Below are positions 36,321-36,582 of a DNA stretch of 36,582 nucleotides, piece after piece. Both the position numbers and the translations under genes were made by a program. Location: positions 74,978,681 to 75,015,262 of the forward strand of contig NC_068991.1 of assembly GCF_001194135.2 (NCBI RefSeq), given 5' to 3'. Within the stretch, counting starts at the first letter, position 1, and every line of letters begins with the position of its first letter. The notes below the pieces were generated by a model. It worked only from the letters and a program-made list of their open reading frames with translations, made no database searches and was not told the DNA's origin. The stretch is from Octopus bimaculoides (Eukaryota).

Positions 36321-36582
36321 ACCATAAAAAATACTTCTGTGTTACTGAGAAGTTTAGAGAGAGCCAAAAAAAGCTTCTTCTAAGCCAGCAACTCTAGACT
36401 TGTTTTTTAAAAATAAATCTACAAGTCTATCTCTAAGTGCTTGGGAATCAGCAATCACGTCTCCAAGAGATGGTGTGCATGAGTCTAGTGTGAGTGAAAG
36501 AGTTTCAGGAAACAATTATAATAGTTTTTACTATAAATGATCTCGACATTCTTTTTACTTTACATAAAATATTCTTTACATT

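Overview
AT-rich, intron-like eukaryotic DNA packed with microsatellites, with five assembly gaps. The repeat families look like those of a cephalopod (Octopus-like; inferred, not searched). I found one host exon: a 102-nt + strand exon of MON2 at 12742-12843 ([34 protein letters not shown]). The rest is intron filled with tRNA-derived SINEs of several families, decayed non-LTR retrotransposon fragments (RLE/R4-Dong-like and RTE-like), a dead mariner, MITEs (piggyBac-like, hAT-like, foldback) and a Helitron-like element. The most unusual signal is a repeat present three times around the exon. It is built as a head-to-head palindrome, and a complete arm reads tRNA-like Pol III head, (AAT)n, a Penelope-type minimal hammerhead ribozyme motif (CUGAUGA-A-stem II-GAAA-CGUU), then a (TGTAAATAA)n tail. 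Most short ORFs in the track are microsatellite, gap or repeat artefacts.
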